Source: Amoebophrya sp. A120 (taxonomy: Eukaryota > Protista > Dinoflagellata). From it: DNA of 64,000 nt. The translations under genes and the position numbers were made by a program. The notes beneath the pieces were generated by a model. It did not search any database. It was given only the letters and a program-made list of their open reading frames with translations, and was not told the origin of the DNA. Of the stretch, positions 36,939 to 49,053 are shown in pieces. Each line of letters starts with the position of its first letter. Position 1 is the stretch's first letter. Where the stretch lies: positions 2,730,054-2,794,053 of the forward strand of contig CAJINV010000005.1 in NCBI GenBank assembly GCA_905178155.1. Direction: 5' to 3'.

Positions 36939-39900
36939 ATGTCGCCGTTCGGCGGCGGGCGCGAGGAGCCGAACGTCCCTTGCGCCAGCGCCACGAATCA
37001 TGGAACCTATGTCATAGCAAACTCTTCCGGATCCAGATCTTCGTCGCTTGGAGAAGCGGGCTTCTGCTCGGCGTCCTCCTCGTCGCCGGGTCGCAATTTA
37101 GACTGCATTTCGTCGCAGATCGACCACAAGACCGATGATAATGGTATTGTTTGAAGAAGTAGATGTCATCCCAAAGCTAATTTGTGCTGGATATTCATTT
37201 TACACGTCGATGAAAGATCAAAATCTACTCCTACAACAGCTCCAAGACAAAGACAGCCGGTTCCTGCCGAACAAACGCTGGGTCCATCGAGTAACAGACG
37301 CAGCCGCAGAGCTGCCGCTCGAGTAGCTCGGACGTCTCGGGCGGCCGCGGCACTGCTCGCCTTGACGGTGCGGGAGCAGATGGGGCGTTGCTCCGGCGCC
37401 CGCTTCAGGCAGTCGCTTGTCCTCGTTGCAGTGACTGCGACTTCGCAGCAGCTATCATTTGTAAAAACGACCTCACTCCAGCGTTGCTGCGCTGTGGATC
37501 GAAATTTCTCATTACTTTCTTTTTTATTGTGTTGCCCACATCACACGCACACCAGAATTGTTTATCTTGTCGACTATGGAAAACGATAACCATACTTTAC
37601 TTATTGGAGATGGGGACGCTCTTACAGAGGATAGCAGGTTTTGGTCTGCGGACGGTACGGACGGTATCTACGACACACAAAAAACAAGGGAGGAGGTATG
37701 GTGGAAGCGGAAGGCGGAGGCTTTCGGGCAGCACCAGATCCTGTGGAACAATCAACTGATGCCAATGCCGGTACCTAGATGTTGTTGTTGATACTAGGGG
37801 ATGATACTTGATGCCTCCCAGCAGAAATCTTTGCTCACCCTGACAAATTTCTTCCTCATCATCTTACTTCAAAATAGTACTAGATTTAGAAGATGCATAG
37901 AATGCGGCAACCGCAACCTAGTTCTATATAACAAGAATAACTGTCGAGTAGCTAAGAATTTTCAAAATCATTAGCTAGCTTTCAAAAAAGCATGCTGTAA
38001 ATACCACCTCTTCAGGTGCGGAATAGATATTTAATTAGCTAGTAGGAATGCTGTCACGGATGCGTCAACGCATCCGTGACAGCATTCAGGCTAGCTAGTT
38101 CATCGTGCTAATAGCACCGTAAATAGAATGCAAACAAGTAGCTATTTTTGATAGCTAGCGAATGATTTTGAAAATAGCTAGCTACTCGACAGCTATTCTC
38201 GTTATATTCTACTACTTCAATTTCTATTCTACTACTATTTCTCATCTCTCAACAGGGGCCGGAGCGTCTTGGGCGAGTAGTCTCTACACAACGTTTTTCG
38301 GGACTTCAGGGGAAACGATCACAACGCCGGCGAACGAAAGTGAGATGGGGAAGGACGGGCCTGCGGCTGCTGCGTTCCAACAAAAGATAGGACCCGAAGG
38401 AACGATGAGAGTAGTAAAATGCCAATTTTACATGTGTGCCTAGGAACAAAGCAACTGCCTCTTCAAGGGAAATTCGAGCTCAAGAATTATTCTGTTTTAT
38501 TTCAGTTTTATCTTCTCTTTGTTTCAACATGATGAACAACAGTGGCATACAAAAACAGGAGCCCGAGACTACTGCTGCAACGAATTTCATTCAAATCCAC
38601 GAACAAGCGGATTTAGGCGTAACCTCGGGCAAGTCCGGCAAGAAGACCACTGCTGATGCAAGTACGGACATTGACATGGGTGGACCAGAAAAAACCCTGA
38701 AAACGACGTCTGGTGATGCCATGGAGCCACGTCAGGAGTCGAAAGGATTGAAGGCAGTTGAGATGAAGGACGCCGAGCAAGAAGCCAAGTCCAAGGGACA
38801 AGAGGAGGTATATGTGGTTCTTTGCGGTTGTTCGTGGTAAGAAAAGACATACATTCGCCAGGTACTCTGCTCCTATGTGTGTCTCTCTCGCTTGATCTTG
38901 AAGAACACTTTACTATATATTTTTCTGTTCTGATTGTTGACTGAGCGAGACCGAGACCGACTTGAGCGCATATCAATCACAACACACAGGTCAGCGCAAC
39001 TGCGACGAACTTCGTTCAAATCAACCGAGCTGACTCAGCCATACCCACAGCATCGGATGGAACATCCGACAAGGCGATTGCAGCTGGCGCAGCTAGTACT
39101 GGTGCAAAAACAAGTTCAGAGGAAATTCCCGACAAGGCGGACATAAAAACAAGCCAGGAAGACTCGAAGCATTTGAGTGGTGTTAAAAAGGATGCCGAGA
39201 AACGCATCAAGGACGACGAGAAGCGGGTACTTACTTGTTTCTTTTCTCTGCCCCTAGCAGATCTCATTTCCTTCAGTAAAGGAGTTGCATCTGCCGGATT
39301 CGTGGTCGTGGTTTCCATGTGCCACAACAAGGAAGGAGCAAAGTTGCATTTCCATTTGCAATTCAATTTCTCAAACGTACTAAATCCCCAAACAGAGTCC
39401 GGCATCCGCATTGTCCCGAGCGGAGGAACCAATCCCGGGCGAAGAGGTCAATAATAGTAATGCCGCCGAGAAGAATACGCAAGTCAGGAGCCCACAAAAA
39501 ACCGCACCGACAATAGCTACTTCAATGATTGCGGAGGAAGATAACGGCGTGAGGAAAGCTGTGCGAGAGTACGTCAGATCAGAACCGGAAAACAAAAACA
39601 AATATTCAAAACCACAGACCACATCAAAGGCTACGGAAATGAAAGAAGCAGAGAAAAGCTCCTCCGATCTTGACTTGGACTCAAACGAAAACTCTGCTGC
39701 TCCACCATCTTCTTCGATGGACAGAGGCGACGCATCTTCAAAGTCGTCAGGCAATCAGAACACCTGGCTGTCGAAAAAGCGAAAGAAGGCACAGCAGCAT
39801 AAATTGGCAGTACCAACTGACAGGGACGAAGAGAGTGCTACGCAGTCACGCACTGGCACTTCCGCGAACATGAATGATGGCGAGGATGATGGCAATGGCT

Positions 39901-40283
39901 CATCGAAACTGGAATTGCAGCAGAACAGAGGGCAAGGAGCCCCTAAACAAGATGGGCGGAAAGGAGAGGACTTGACTGTCGTCATGTCCCAGGAGAAAAC
40001 TGCAGCGGCGGGTAGTAAACATCACGGATCGACATCATCCACATCGCTGAAACAAAAGACGGCGCAAGGGGGAGTAAAAGTGGAGACGGGCACTCCCGGC
40101 TTCGCCACGGCAATACAACTTGAGCGACATGAATTAGCTGCAGTAGAAACAAAAAACGCAATCGCGCAACACTCGCTCTTGACCCCATCTACTTCTCCAT
40201 CACTCGCGTCAGCATCTTCTGCTTCTGCCTTAGAAGCAAATAACGACAATCCACTAGACCCAACCGACGAGGAGTGGATGTTA
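36939..40283 (+). CDS. Hypothetical multi-exon low-complexity protein; 3' end uncertain because it runs into the TE island
   Basis: Chain of + ORF segments (36939, 37182, 37558, ~38257, ~38560, ~38990, 39411) separated by GT...AG-like stretches; no family recognised. Confidence 0.4.
37927..38206. mobile_element. TAT...ATA MITE, 280 bp, in probable intron, with central palindrome
   Basis: About 60-bp imperfect TIR TATAAC(A/G)AGAATA(A/G)CTGTCGAGTAGCTA; TSD TTCTA; internal hairpin GAATGCTGTCACGGATGCGT-CA-ACGCATCCGTGACAGCATTC. Confidence 0.85.
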
Positions 40284-40449
40284 GGTGCCTGGATCCTACC
40301 ATTGGCCCTACACACAGTCTACCCCAGAGAAAAGCACTAGCACACCCATACCAGGTGCGCACCTTGCACGCACATAGCCCCTCCGTTATCTACGTCTTTT
40401 AGTTGTAGCCGGAAAACGGTGCTTCTATCTACTAAAACTGACGCATGTC

Positions 40450-43400
40450 TTTCGTACTTTCCAGCTGCCTTCTTATATATTCTTTTCGTACTTTCCAGCT
40501 GCCTTTCTGCATAAACAGCGACGACACGAGCAGCATGGCAAAACACAAGAACACGCGCCGGCGCGCGAAGTTTTTGCAATGGACCAACGAAGCGGTCGCG
40601 CGATTGCTTCAGTTCGCTGAAGCAGGGAAAAAGAAGGCCGCCCGCATCCTGCGCCTCGTTGAGGCCGAACAGCGCGAACCGGAGGCCCTTCGGGAACTCC
40701 AAAACAGCGCCGCCGACACGAGCAACGCGGACGACAAAAGCCAGGGGGTTGTGTACGTAGTATACGACAGCTCTTGGCGGTTCCACATTGGGTCGACCCT
40801 CCGTCACCCGGTAGAGCGATGGACCGAGCACCATGAGAACTGGAAAAAACGCGCCAAGTTCAATGGGGCCCGCCGTTTGTTCTTCCTGGTGATCCGAATC
40901 GGCCTGATCGCGGGCATGCGCGCGGTAGAGGGCCGCCTCATCTCCTCACGTTCTTTCACCCACGATGGAGAACAAGGCGCGCAACTACAGCGCCGCTGAG
41001 ATCCCTCTCGTCCACGAAACAGCAGGAAACAACAACGACGCCACCAGCTGCCCCGGGCCGACCGCCAAGAGGAGGAGGCGGCGGCCCAGAAACAGAACGA
41101 TGACACAGCACCAACAACAGCGAGAACAACAACTGCGACAAGCCGACGCAGTCAGCACCAGCAAGCTACATTTTAGAGCTTAGAAAAACGATGCGACACC
41201 AGGCCCAACAGGAAACGCGCGCGAGCACGTACAGCGAGGCGCATGACCTGCTGCGTAAAAAACAGCATGTCACCGCGCCCGTCAACATCTACGACCCCGA
41301 CTCTTGCATATTGCTAGTCAAGTGGCTGTGTGTTCGGGACAGGGTCAGAAAAGGAGAGCGCCCGCATGGCCTAGATATCGTCTACCTATGATACCACGCG
41401 CGCGGACGAATGCGATTCCCGGAGTATGAGGCGCTGCGGCTTGTTTCGAATAACCTTTCGAACAGGCTGCGCATGCGAGTGCGCCGGAGGATCAAGCTTG
41501 TGACGAACTTGGCCGGAGTCCCAAACAGCGAAAGCGTGGGATTGTATTGGCGGCATCCGTTTGAGCTTACAGCGTTGCGCCGAGCACTCGGGGCGGCGTT
41601 GTCTTGCTCTTCGTATGGGTGCCAGAGGTTCATGAAGAAATCGGCAACGCTCATCCGGCTCCAGCGGCCAAGGCTGCGGGCCATGTTGCTCGCGTCCGTA
41701 CAAGCAGCCACGGGCGCCCGCGTAAAAGGCGTGGAGCCCCGGGAGCCCCGCTACGAGTTAATCCGGCACAACACGAGCGGCGTCTTGAGCGCCCCACTAC
41801 CAGCGATCGACCTCGCATTTGTAAGCGACCAGCTGAAAAAGCTCAAAAATGTGCGCAAACGGAGAATAGCAAAAATCAGCCGCAATCAGCTCAACGACCT
41901 GCAGGCCGCTGAGGTCCTAGGCCACGGACGCAAGGACTTCGAGTGGCTCTGCAAGCACCGCGCACCAAAAGGGGTGACCCCCATCGTCGCCGACAAGCCT
42001 CGGGACAACTTCTTCACCGCGCCAATTGAAGAGCTCCGGAGCATTTTGATACTGGCCGCGCGCGCTGATGTGGTATGTTGAAGTAAAAGAAGAGCGACCC
42101 GCGATCTTACAAAAGATCAGCAACACCATCACAGCCATGCCCATACCGCTCCAGCCACTAAAGGAGCTGCCCTACTTCTACCCATCGCTAAAGTCGCAGC
42201 GCATTGAAGACGGCCGACTAAAATGCGCCAAGTCGCTGGATTCGGGCCACAGCCATTGGAGAAAAATAATCTCCATGGTCTCGGCCGTCAAGGGTCCGAA
42301 CAAGCGGCGGCTACGACAAATCAACGGGGAAACCATGGACATGGTCGACAGACACCTACACCATTCCGAGTTGAACGACTTAGCGAAAGCCAAAGACCGA
42401 GTGTTGGAAGCGTTCCGCGACCTAAAAAAGCAGGCCGCAAAAATGGGAGCGGAGCACAGTCCAGCAGTCTGCACATGTTGCGGACGACAAAAAGAGCCCG
42501 TAGCGCTACGCGTCGAGGACGCCGCGTCCTTCTTCGAGCGGATTCCGCGTGACGTCTTCCACGGCCATTGCGAGTATCTGCTAAGCCACGCCGAAGAGGA
42601 CAAGGCCAAAAGATTTCCCAAGAAGAGCCCGGCCGACGTGCTGGGAACTTTGGAGGAGGCCACCAGCGCCCTCCGCTACTTCGCCACCGGATCCGATGCA
42701 GTTTTTGCGTTGCCCGAAGGCATGGGAAGTCCCATAGGCGCCTACAGTTCCAAAGTCGTCGCCAGCGTCGCCCTGTGTGTCGACGAAGATCGCCACCACC
42801 GCGCCAGCCGCAAGAGCAAGGGCATCACGATCCGCGTTCGCTATGTGGGCGATGTCCTGAGCATTAGCTTCAGCCTCAGCCTCTGTCTATCGAAGGAGGC
42901 GCGGGAGGTGTACCGTGTTCCGTTCGAAAACGAAGGCAAATCCTCTGCGCGCACCAACTGGCTAGATCTACTGATCGAGATAACGAGTGACGGCAGCACC
43001 CGCATCACCAACGCACAAAAGCCCACGGCCCTGCGCGTGCCGGCAAAGTTCGACTTTGAGTATGGCCGCTCGTGTTTCGTCGCGTGGTGACCAGGTTGGT
43101 ACAAACCAACGGAGCGACGGCCGACGCACTACAGCAGCTGGCGAGAGAAGTGCCGCACTGGTTTCGCAACTACCCACCCAAAACCCTGAGGCGTTATCTA
43201 CTAGCTTCAGTCGAGTTGAAAGCAAATCCTTCTGCACAGTTCATCATCAACGCGCTTACCATTTTGCAAAAGATGGGGGGCCCGGGCAAGGGAAGCAACA
43301 AGCAGGGAGGCGGGGGCAACAACAACTAGCATGACAGCGACGCCTTCACTCTACAAGAAAGCGACGTGAAAGACGCCCGCGGCCGCATCCAGTTCGAAGA

Positions 43401-44171
43401 ATGGAAGGAGGAGAAGAAGCAGGCAGAACAGGAGAAACAAGCCCAGCAGAAATGGGAGCAGATTACGCAGCACACGCAGACCGGAACTTTGGCAGCGGTT
43501 GCTGCCACGACCGGAAAGCCCATCCCGCACATCAACTTGCGCGGATCGACGACGAGCAATTCTATTGCCCCCGCCTGAAGCCACCACTCCACACCAACAA
43601 CAGCGAAGCCGCGGACGTGAGGGCCGCGATGATGAAAAAGCTTGACTCCCTCGAGCAACAAACTTCCGATGAGCGGACAGAGCGGGTCAAGCTTGCTTCC
43701 CGCATGGACGCCAGTGAGTCCGTGACGACGCAGCTCATGGACAGAATGGGGAAGGTCTTGGACAAGTGTGAAAACGGCAACAACTCGACAGGGGCGAGCA
43801 TCCCGAACAACAAACCACCAGCCAGCCCGCTGATCCCGCCGGGACAGCAACAACAGCAGCAACAGCAGCAGCAGCGCTTCTGCAGTCACCACGTCGACGA
43901 TTTTGCTGACAAGGAGAACACGCGCGCGATCATCCCGCCCGACATCGCCGACGACATCGACTGGGATGAAAATGACTTGACTGCGGAGGCGAAGCGGAAC
44001 ACCTTACCACTGGCGGAGTTGAAGGCCATGCGCAGCCTCATGCCGCAAGCCAAAAACGACGAGACGCGCGACCGCCTGGCCGCCGAGGGCCGGGAGAACG
44101 AGGCCAGCTTCGGCGTGAACAGCAGGGCCGGCTACGTCAGCTTCTTCCTCGAGGCCTACCGGGTTGCGTAA
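40450..44171 (+). mobile_element. Degenerate Penelope-like retroelement with N-terminal GIY-YIG endonuclease followed by RT (Naiad/Chlamys-like architecture)
   Basis: GVVYVVY..FHIGSTLRHPVERWTEH; ADK motif; LPYFYPSLK; RKIIS; CTCC then EDAASFFERIP (motif A); GSPIGAYSS (B); RYVGDVL (C, mutated YxDD); WLDL (E); about 5 frameshifts. Boundaries approximate. Confidence 0.8.
43273..44171 (+). pseudogene. Disrupted second ORF downstream of the RT (G/Q-rich, coiled coil)
   Basis: MGGPGKGSNKQGGGG.. continues through a stop into ORFs 43366 and 43401 with coding-like composition. Confidence 0.4.
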
Positions 44172-46353
44172 CCGGATTAGCAACGTCGTGGCGTATTTCA
44201 GCTACAAAAACCCTCGCCATCTTGTCGCGCCAGGCAGCCCAGTAGCATGCGCGCAGTTTTGTGACGAACCAAAAACCACAGCAGAACTGACCGAGGGGAT
44301 TTGCGAGAGGCAGCCTTCTTTCCACCCGCCCGGGATCTGGGGTTTCTTGGATTTGAGCGCAGCAGTTTCGAATTTAAAAAACCGGACTTGAAAGCAGGAG
44401 GAGATGATGGCGAGAAGAGGAGAAGCGCAGCGCACCGATGCCAAAGCGCGTCGCATTTAGGGACAAGATAAGTTGTAGTGTTGTTGTTCGCTGCACAGCC
44501 ACCGGGTCCAGAAAAGCAGTCACCTTGCGACGTTCTAAAAAAATCGACAAATTTCTTCCTTTAAGGATCTGAGCATGCCAAGATACGTCGGCCCAAAGTG
44601 AAATCGTAGACGCAGGCAAGGATACAAAGTAAGACTGAAACACTTCTGGCGCGCCTTTGCTAATTCGTGGCCGGCGCAAGAATTGGCTACAGACGGCTCT
44701 GCTTGTGTTCACTCCCTAGCTAGTTCCTGAGGTCGCGTATGCTTTTTGTATCGGGGCAGGCAGCACAACTTTCACAGCGAAAGCTGAGGCGAGTTAGCGC
44801 ACGCCGCCTCCCCTTTGCGAGTACCCCAAGGCCTGTAGAGTAGCTACTTAGATGGAAACAACACGACCGAGCCACTTGCCCGCAGAAAGGGCGTGGCTCC
44901 GCTGCAAGTTTTTGAAAAGACCCATCCGCCCCCTCCCTTTCAAAAGTTGCAAAGGGTTGGGCTTCCTTCAGGTGACGAGATTCGCTGTTGTTGTTAGTTC
45001 GTCGCTAGATAGCTAGAGTGCCGGCCAGGACTGCATCGCCCCGCAAAGGTGGTGGCTGAGTGGGCAGAGCCACTTGCATCCTTGCGCTGGTTCGATCAGA
45101 ATGCGAGTTGGCGAATTTGCGATCTAGATCTCCGCCGTCGATCCACATTTCGCGCACGACGCGGGCCTGCGTAGGCGATACCGCCTCGCCGAGCTCTATA
45201 TCATTGGACAGCGTCCGTCTCAGGCTCTGCACGTTGCGCCCTGGGGCAATCTTTGTCAAATGATAGCAGTCGGAGACTTCATCTCGTCTTCGCGTCTCTA
45301 TTTGTTTTGCACGACATTACGATGCGCGCACGCTTGCTAAACCAAAAAATCTCCGATGTCTGTGAAAAACAAAGCTGCAACATCGCACGGAAAGATAGGG
45401 CTTTGAAGTTTTGGCGCGATGAAGCTGTAGAAAGATCTGCCGCTTAAAGACGCCCACGGTAGGGCAGTACATCAAACGACAACGATGTAGATTGAACCGC
45501 TGCGAAAGCTCTCAACGTCTTCACAGCAGCACAACCAGGAAAACCAAAAAAGCAAAAGTCACGCCCTTCCTTCTTTCGACTGCAGATGCATTTTTTCTTC
45601 TATTTGCGGCGTTGTTCGGGAATCAAAAACCATCTGCCAGCGATTCGCTAAGATCCTAACACTGTCGCACATTGATACTCTGCATCAAATGCACTTGGGT
45701 TGTTGTTTGGAAAAAGTAAAAACAAAGCGTCGCGCCGACACAAGTGGGCTGCACCAGCGTGCTCTAGAATAAAAGGCATGGCTAGTCCGTAAGTATCGGA
45801 ACAAGAAAGCAATCCCAAGCACGGGCCGCGCTATGTGTGAGTGCGAAGTGAGAGAATTGCACGAGCGAGCGAAGACTTGGCCTCGGTCTGCCAAAAGTCG
45901 AAAAGTTAACAGGAGCGCGGTGCGAACTAATAAAACAGCCGCACTCCTTTAGGATAGGAAGAAGCTGGCCTATCTTGGCGCGATTTCTGAACACCACCCG
46001 GGGGCCCTACCAGAGGCCCTACGCAGCGCGATCCGGAATAACCTGGAAGCGGACACGAATGAGGAGGAGGAGCAAAAGCAGGAGCAGCGGAAGCGCGCCG
46101 CGGTCGTGCCGGACAGCAGCGCGCCAGAAAAACTAGCGCCGTGGGTGAACTTGGGCTAGGAGGTGCAAAATTTCAGCGAGGAGCACGCAGAGACACGTAC
46201 CTCAGGGACTAGCGCCGGCCACAGCCCTGGACCCCGGGGCCGAGTTGCGGCTGGCATGGACAAAGGGAGGCAAGGTCAAGAGGTGGAGGCGTGCTCTAAT
46301 ATGATACGCCCCCACCTCAGGTGGCTCCTTCGTAGCATGGTCGTGCTATGGCC

Positions 46354-47536
46354 TAGTAGCTAGCACAGAGCTGCTCGCGGTGGCGGGTTCCTGCTTCACT
46401 GCAGAAAAGGCGGCTTCGATTGCGCAAAAGATTGCACTCACTGCAAAACAGATGGCCTCCATCGCAAAGAAGGCTGCCTCCACTGCAAAAAAGATTGGCC
46501 TCCACTGCAAAAAAAGACTCGCCCCACTGCAAAAAAGATGGGAAAGGGGTATCGTGGGGGCGTGGTGGGCAGGCCGTTCGCCGTTACTCTTTCTGAAATC
46601 CGCCAACCGCTACTCTTTCTCCCATCCGTTACTCTTTGAAGGCACCACTTTCCTGCAGTCCGTTCCATTTTTTCTTCAGTCGGGCAACACTTTTCTGCAG
46701 TCGCTGCCTTCAGCGTCGTCTTTTTTTCAGTGCAACTGCAAACAAGTTTAGCGCCCGACCTTTTCGGACACGCCGTTCGGAGGTGCTTTTCCTGCGTGCG
46801 ACAAAAAATTTCATAATTTGCGACAAAACATCCTAAAAAATTAGAAAAAAATCGGAATTGTTGCGTCGCAACGAAATCGCTCCCGTTTTGCGCTATGTGC
46901 AAGAATTCTGCCACTTTTTTGCAGGCCTCGGGCATTTTTTTTGCAGGGTGGGCGTGTCGCAAGGATCGGGATTATTTGGCGCAAGATCTGGCGCCACATC
47001 TGACGCATGGAGCAACTCGGGCGCCGGCGTTGTGCGCCGCTGTTGGAGCCTGACGGCGGCGGCCGCTTGGGTGATTTGAACGTGGCCCGCGTTTGTGCTT
47101 CCCCGAGGGCCGGGGGCCGATCTGAATCTTTGTTGCCCATTTGCGTGGCGGCGCGTCCGCGGGCCAACCCGGAGCCAAAGGCCGGGCGCCGGTTGGGCTT
47201 CTGTGCGCCCGCCTTTTTTGCCCCCGGAAGCCTGGCCCCCGGCGGCCCGCGGTTGCCCGCCTGGCACACGACCGCGACATGGGTGGTCGGCGGGCTTGTG
47301 TGCCTTCGGTTTTGCCTCGGTTTCTTTTCGTTTTGGCCAATTTACTTCTTTCCTTTTTTTTCCAAAATTAAAAAGCGGAAGCGTTGTTTTTTGTTTTCCG
47401 GACCCACTTGGGCCCGATCCCCTCCCGTTGACCGACCGCGACCTGCCACGCCAGGGGTCGGGCCGCGAAAGCATAACTTCTGTGCGCTATTTTTCTACAG
47501 ACGCCGCAAATGGCCCAGCTTTGCTATGTTTCTCTA
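46354..47536. mobile_element. Possible non-autonomous TIR element (TAG...CTA, GGCC TSD)
   Basis: Weak TIR TAGTAGCTAGCACAGAGCTG versus TAGAGAAACATAGCAAAGCTG; both ends flanked by GGCC; internal inverted arrays. Confidence 0.35.
46395..46740. repeat. ~21-bp-period CACTGCAAAA array followed by inverted (TTTT)CTGCAGT/TTCAGT array
   Basis: About 7 units at 46397-46540; opposite-orientation units at 46648-46735. Confidence 0.65.
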
Positions 47537-47865
47537 GGCCCTCAGTTATAATGAAGCTGCCGCGCCGCTGTGCCAACGAACACGCCGGCGCGGGCGCAAC
47601 GTATGCCCACTGCGTTCAGGCTTGGCGAGTTAGTTCGACTCTTGTCTCGCTACAAGACGACTTGCGGTGGCCCGTGCGCCCTGCATACACGCAGCGGGGA
47701 GCAGTAATCTTACTAGTAATAGTGTAGCTTGTGTTGTGGTGGAGGATAATGCTGCTCAGCAGAGCCCGAGTCTGTCGAGCACAAGGGCGCATATTTGGCA
47801 CAAGTTTTAGGCGCTAGGCCACTTGTCACACCGCGCGCACCCGTGCCAACCCGTAGACCACTCTC

Positions 47866-49053
47866 TCAGTCGGAGGGCCCCGGGGCCATTTTGGGCGCTA
47901 AAACATTGCTAAACTTTGCGCGATTTTTAAAAAACCCGGAAGCCGGCGCGTGACGAAGGGCGCCGCCTTTTCCAAGCCGGCCCCGTTTGGGCATTGGTGG
48001 CGGGTGGTTGCCTGCCCCGCCCCGGTAGCTGCGCGCAGGGGGCCCGCGTAATATTTCGCGCGCTCTCGGGCCGCCTCCCCTCCGCCCCCGAGAGGCTTCG
48101 CGCGGGGCCGCGTTGGTTTTCGGGTTTCGCTGATTTTCCGCAGCCGCGAATTCCTTGCGTTGTCCGTTTCCTTTGTGGGCCACCGGGGCGCCCGGCCTTG
48201 GCAAGCATCACGCCGGCGGGCGGCCTGGCGAGCGCGGCCCCCCGTGTCTTTCCCGGCTCGGGCCCGATGGGTGCCCGATGTCGGTAGGAGGTTGCTCTGC
48301 CCCGGGTATTTGTTGGGTCCCGGCGCCGGGGATGTTTCGGCCCTTTGGTTAGCAGAAGGCGCGCGACCAGAGTCGCGCAAAAGGTCCGGGCACAAGCATT
48401 GTCGCATCCTTCGCGAACTGCTAAGACGGCCGCTAAATCCGGATCACAGGCGTTTTGGGAAGGATTTTGCGTTTTCGGCAGTTTTAAGGAAGGTCCCGGG
48501 CCCTTCGCGGACCGTACCGCCGCCCTTTTCCAGCAGAAATTCAGCAGGGTTTTTAGCAGGCATTTTTAGCACCCAAATTTAGCAGGATTTTTAGCAGGGA
48601 TTTTTAGCGCCCAAATTTAGCAGGTTTTTTAGCAGGATACTTAGCACCCCAAAAATAGCAGCATACTTAGCAGCAAAAATAGCAGGAATTTTAGCAGGTC
48701 CTAAAATTTGCCGCGTATTCGGGACCTCGCGGTCGTGTTGTCTGCAATGGCCGAAAGAATGCCGGCTAAGGTTTTGCATCGGGGGCGTGGCTCCTTAATG
48801 AAAAAGGGGCGAGCCGGCTCCTTTGATTTTGGGGCCGCGGCAGTGGGTTATCTGGCTCGGGCCGCGGGGTGTGTCGTTCCTTGTGTTGCGCACCCAGTAC
48901 CGAAACCCGGCGCCCCACCGCGCCCCCGCCGGGCGCCTCTTTTGCCGCCCTAGCGCCGTTCCTTGGGAAGGGTTCTGGCTTGGCACTTTGAAAAAATAAG
49001 ACAAAAAATAGCGCGAATTTAGCAGGCCCAACCGCCCCGGGCCCTCCGACCGA
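47866..49053. mobile_element. Non-autonomous TIR DNA transposon, 1188 bp, 6-bp TSD
   Basis: Ends TCAGTCGGAGGGCCCCGGGGC and reverse complement TCGGTCGGAGGGCCCGGGGC, similarity extending to GCTAAA..GCGC.ATTTTT; TSD ACTCTC (47860-47865, 49054-49059). Confidence 0.8.
48530..48706. repeat. TTAGCA array, about 14 units at 12-13-bp spacing
   Basis: TTTTAGCAGG / TTTAGCACCC / AATAGCAG repeats inside the 47866-49053 element. Confidence 0.8.

Noticed and set aside
47884-47895. Dinoflagellate spliced-leader relic (GCCATTTTGG)
   Set aside because: Only a 10-nt match, inside a TIR and not upstream of a gene.
48530-48706. Telomeric TTTAGGG array
   Set aside because: The unit is TTAGCA with variable spacers and lies inside a TIR element.
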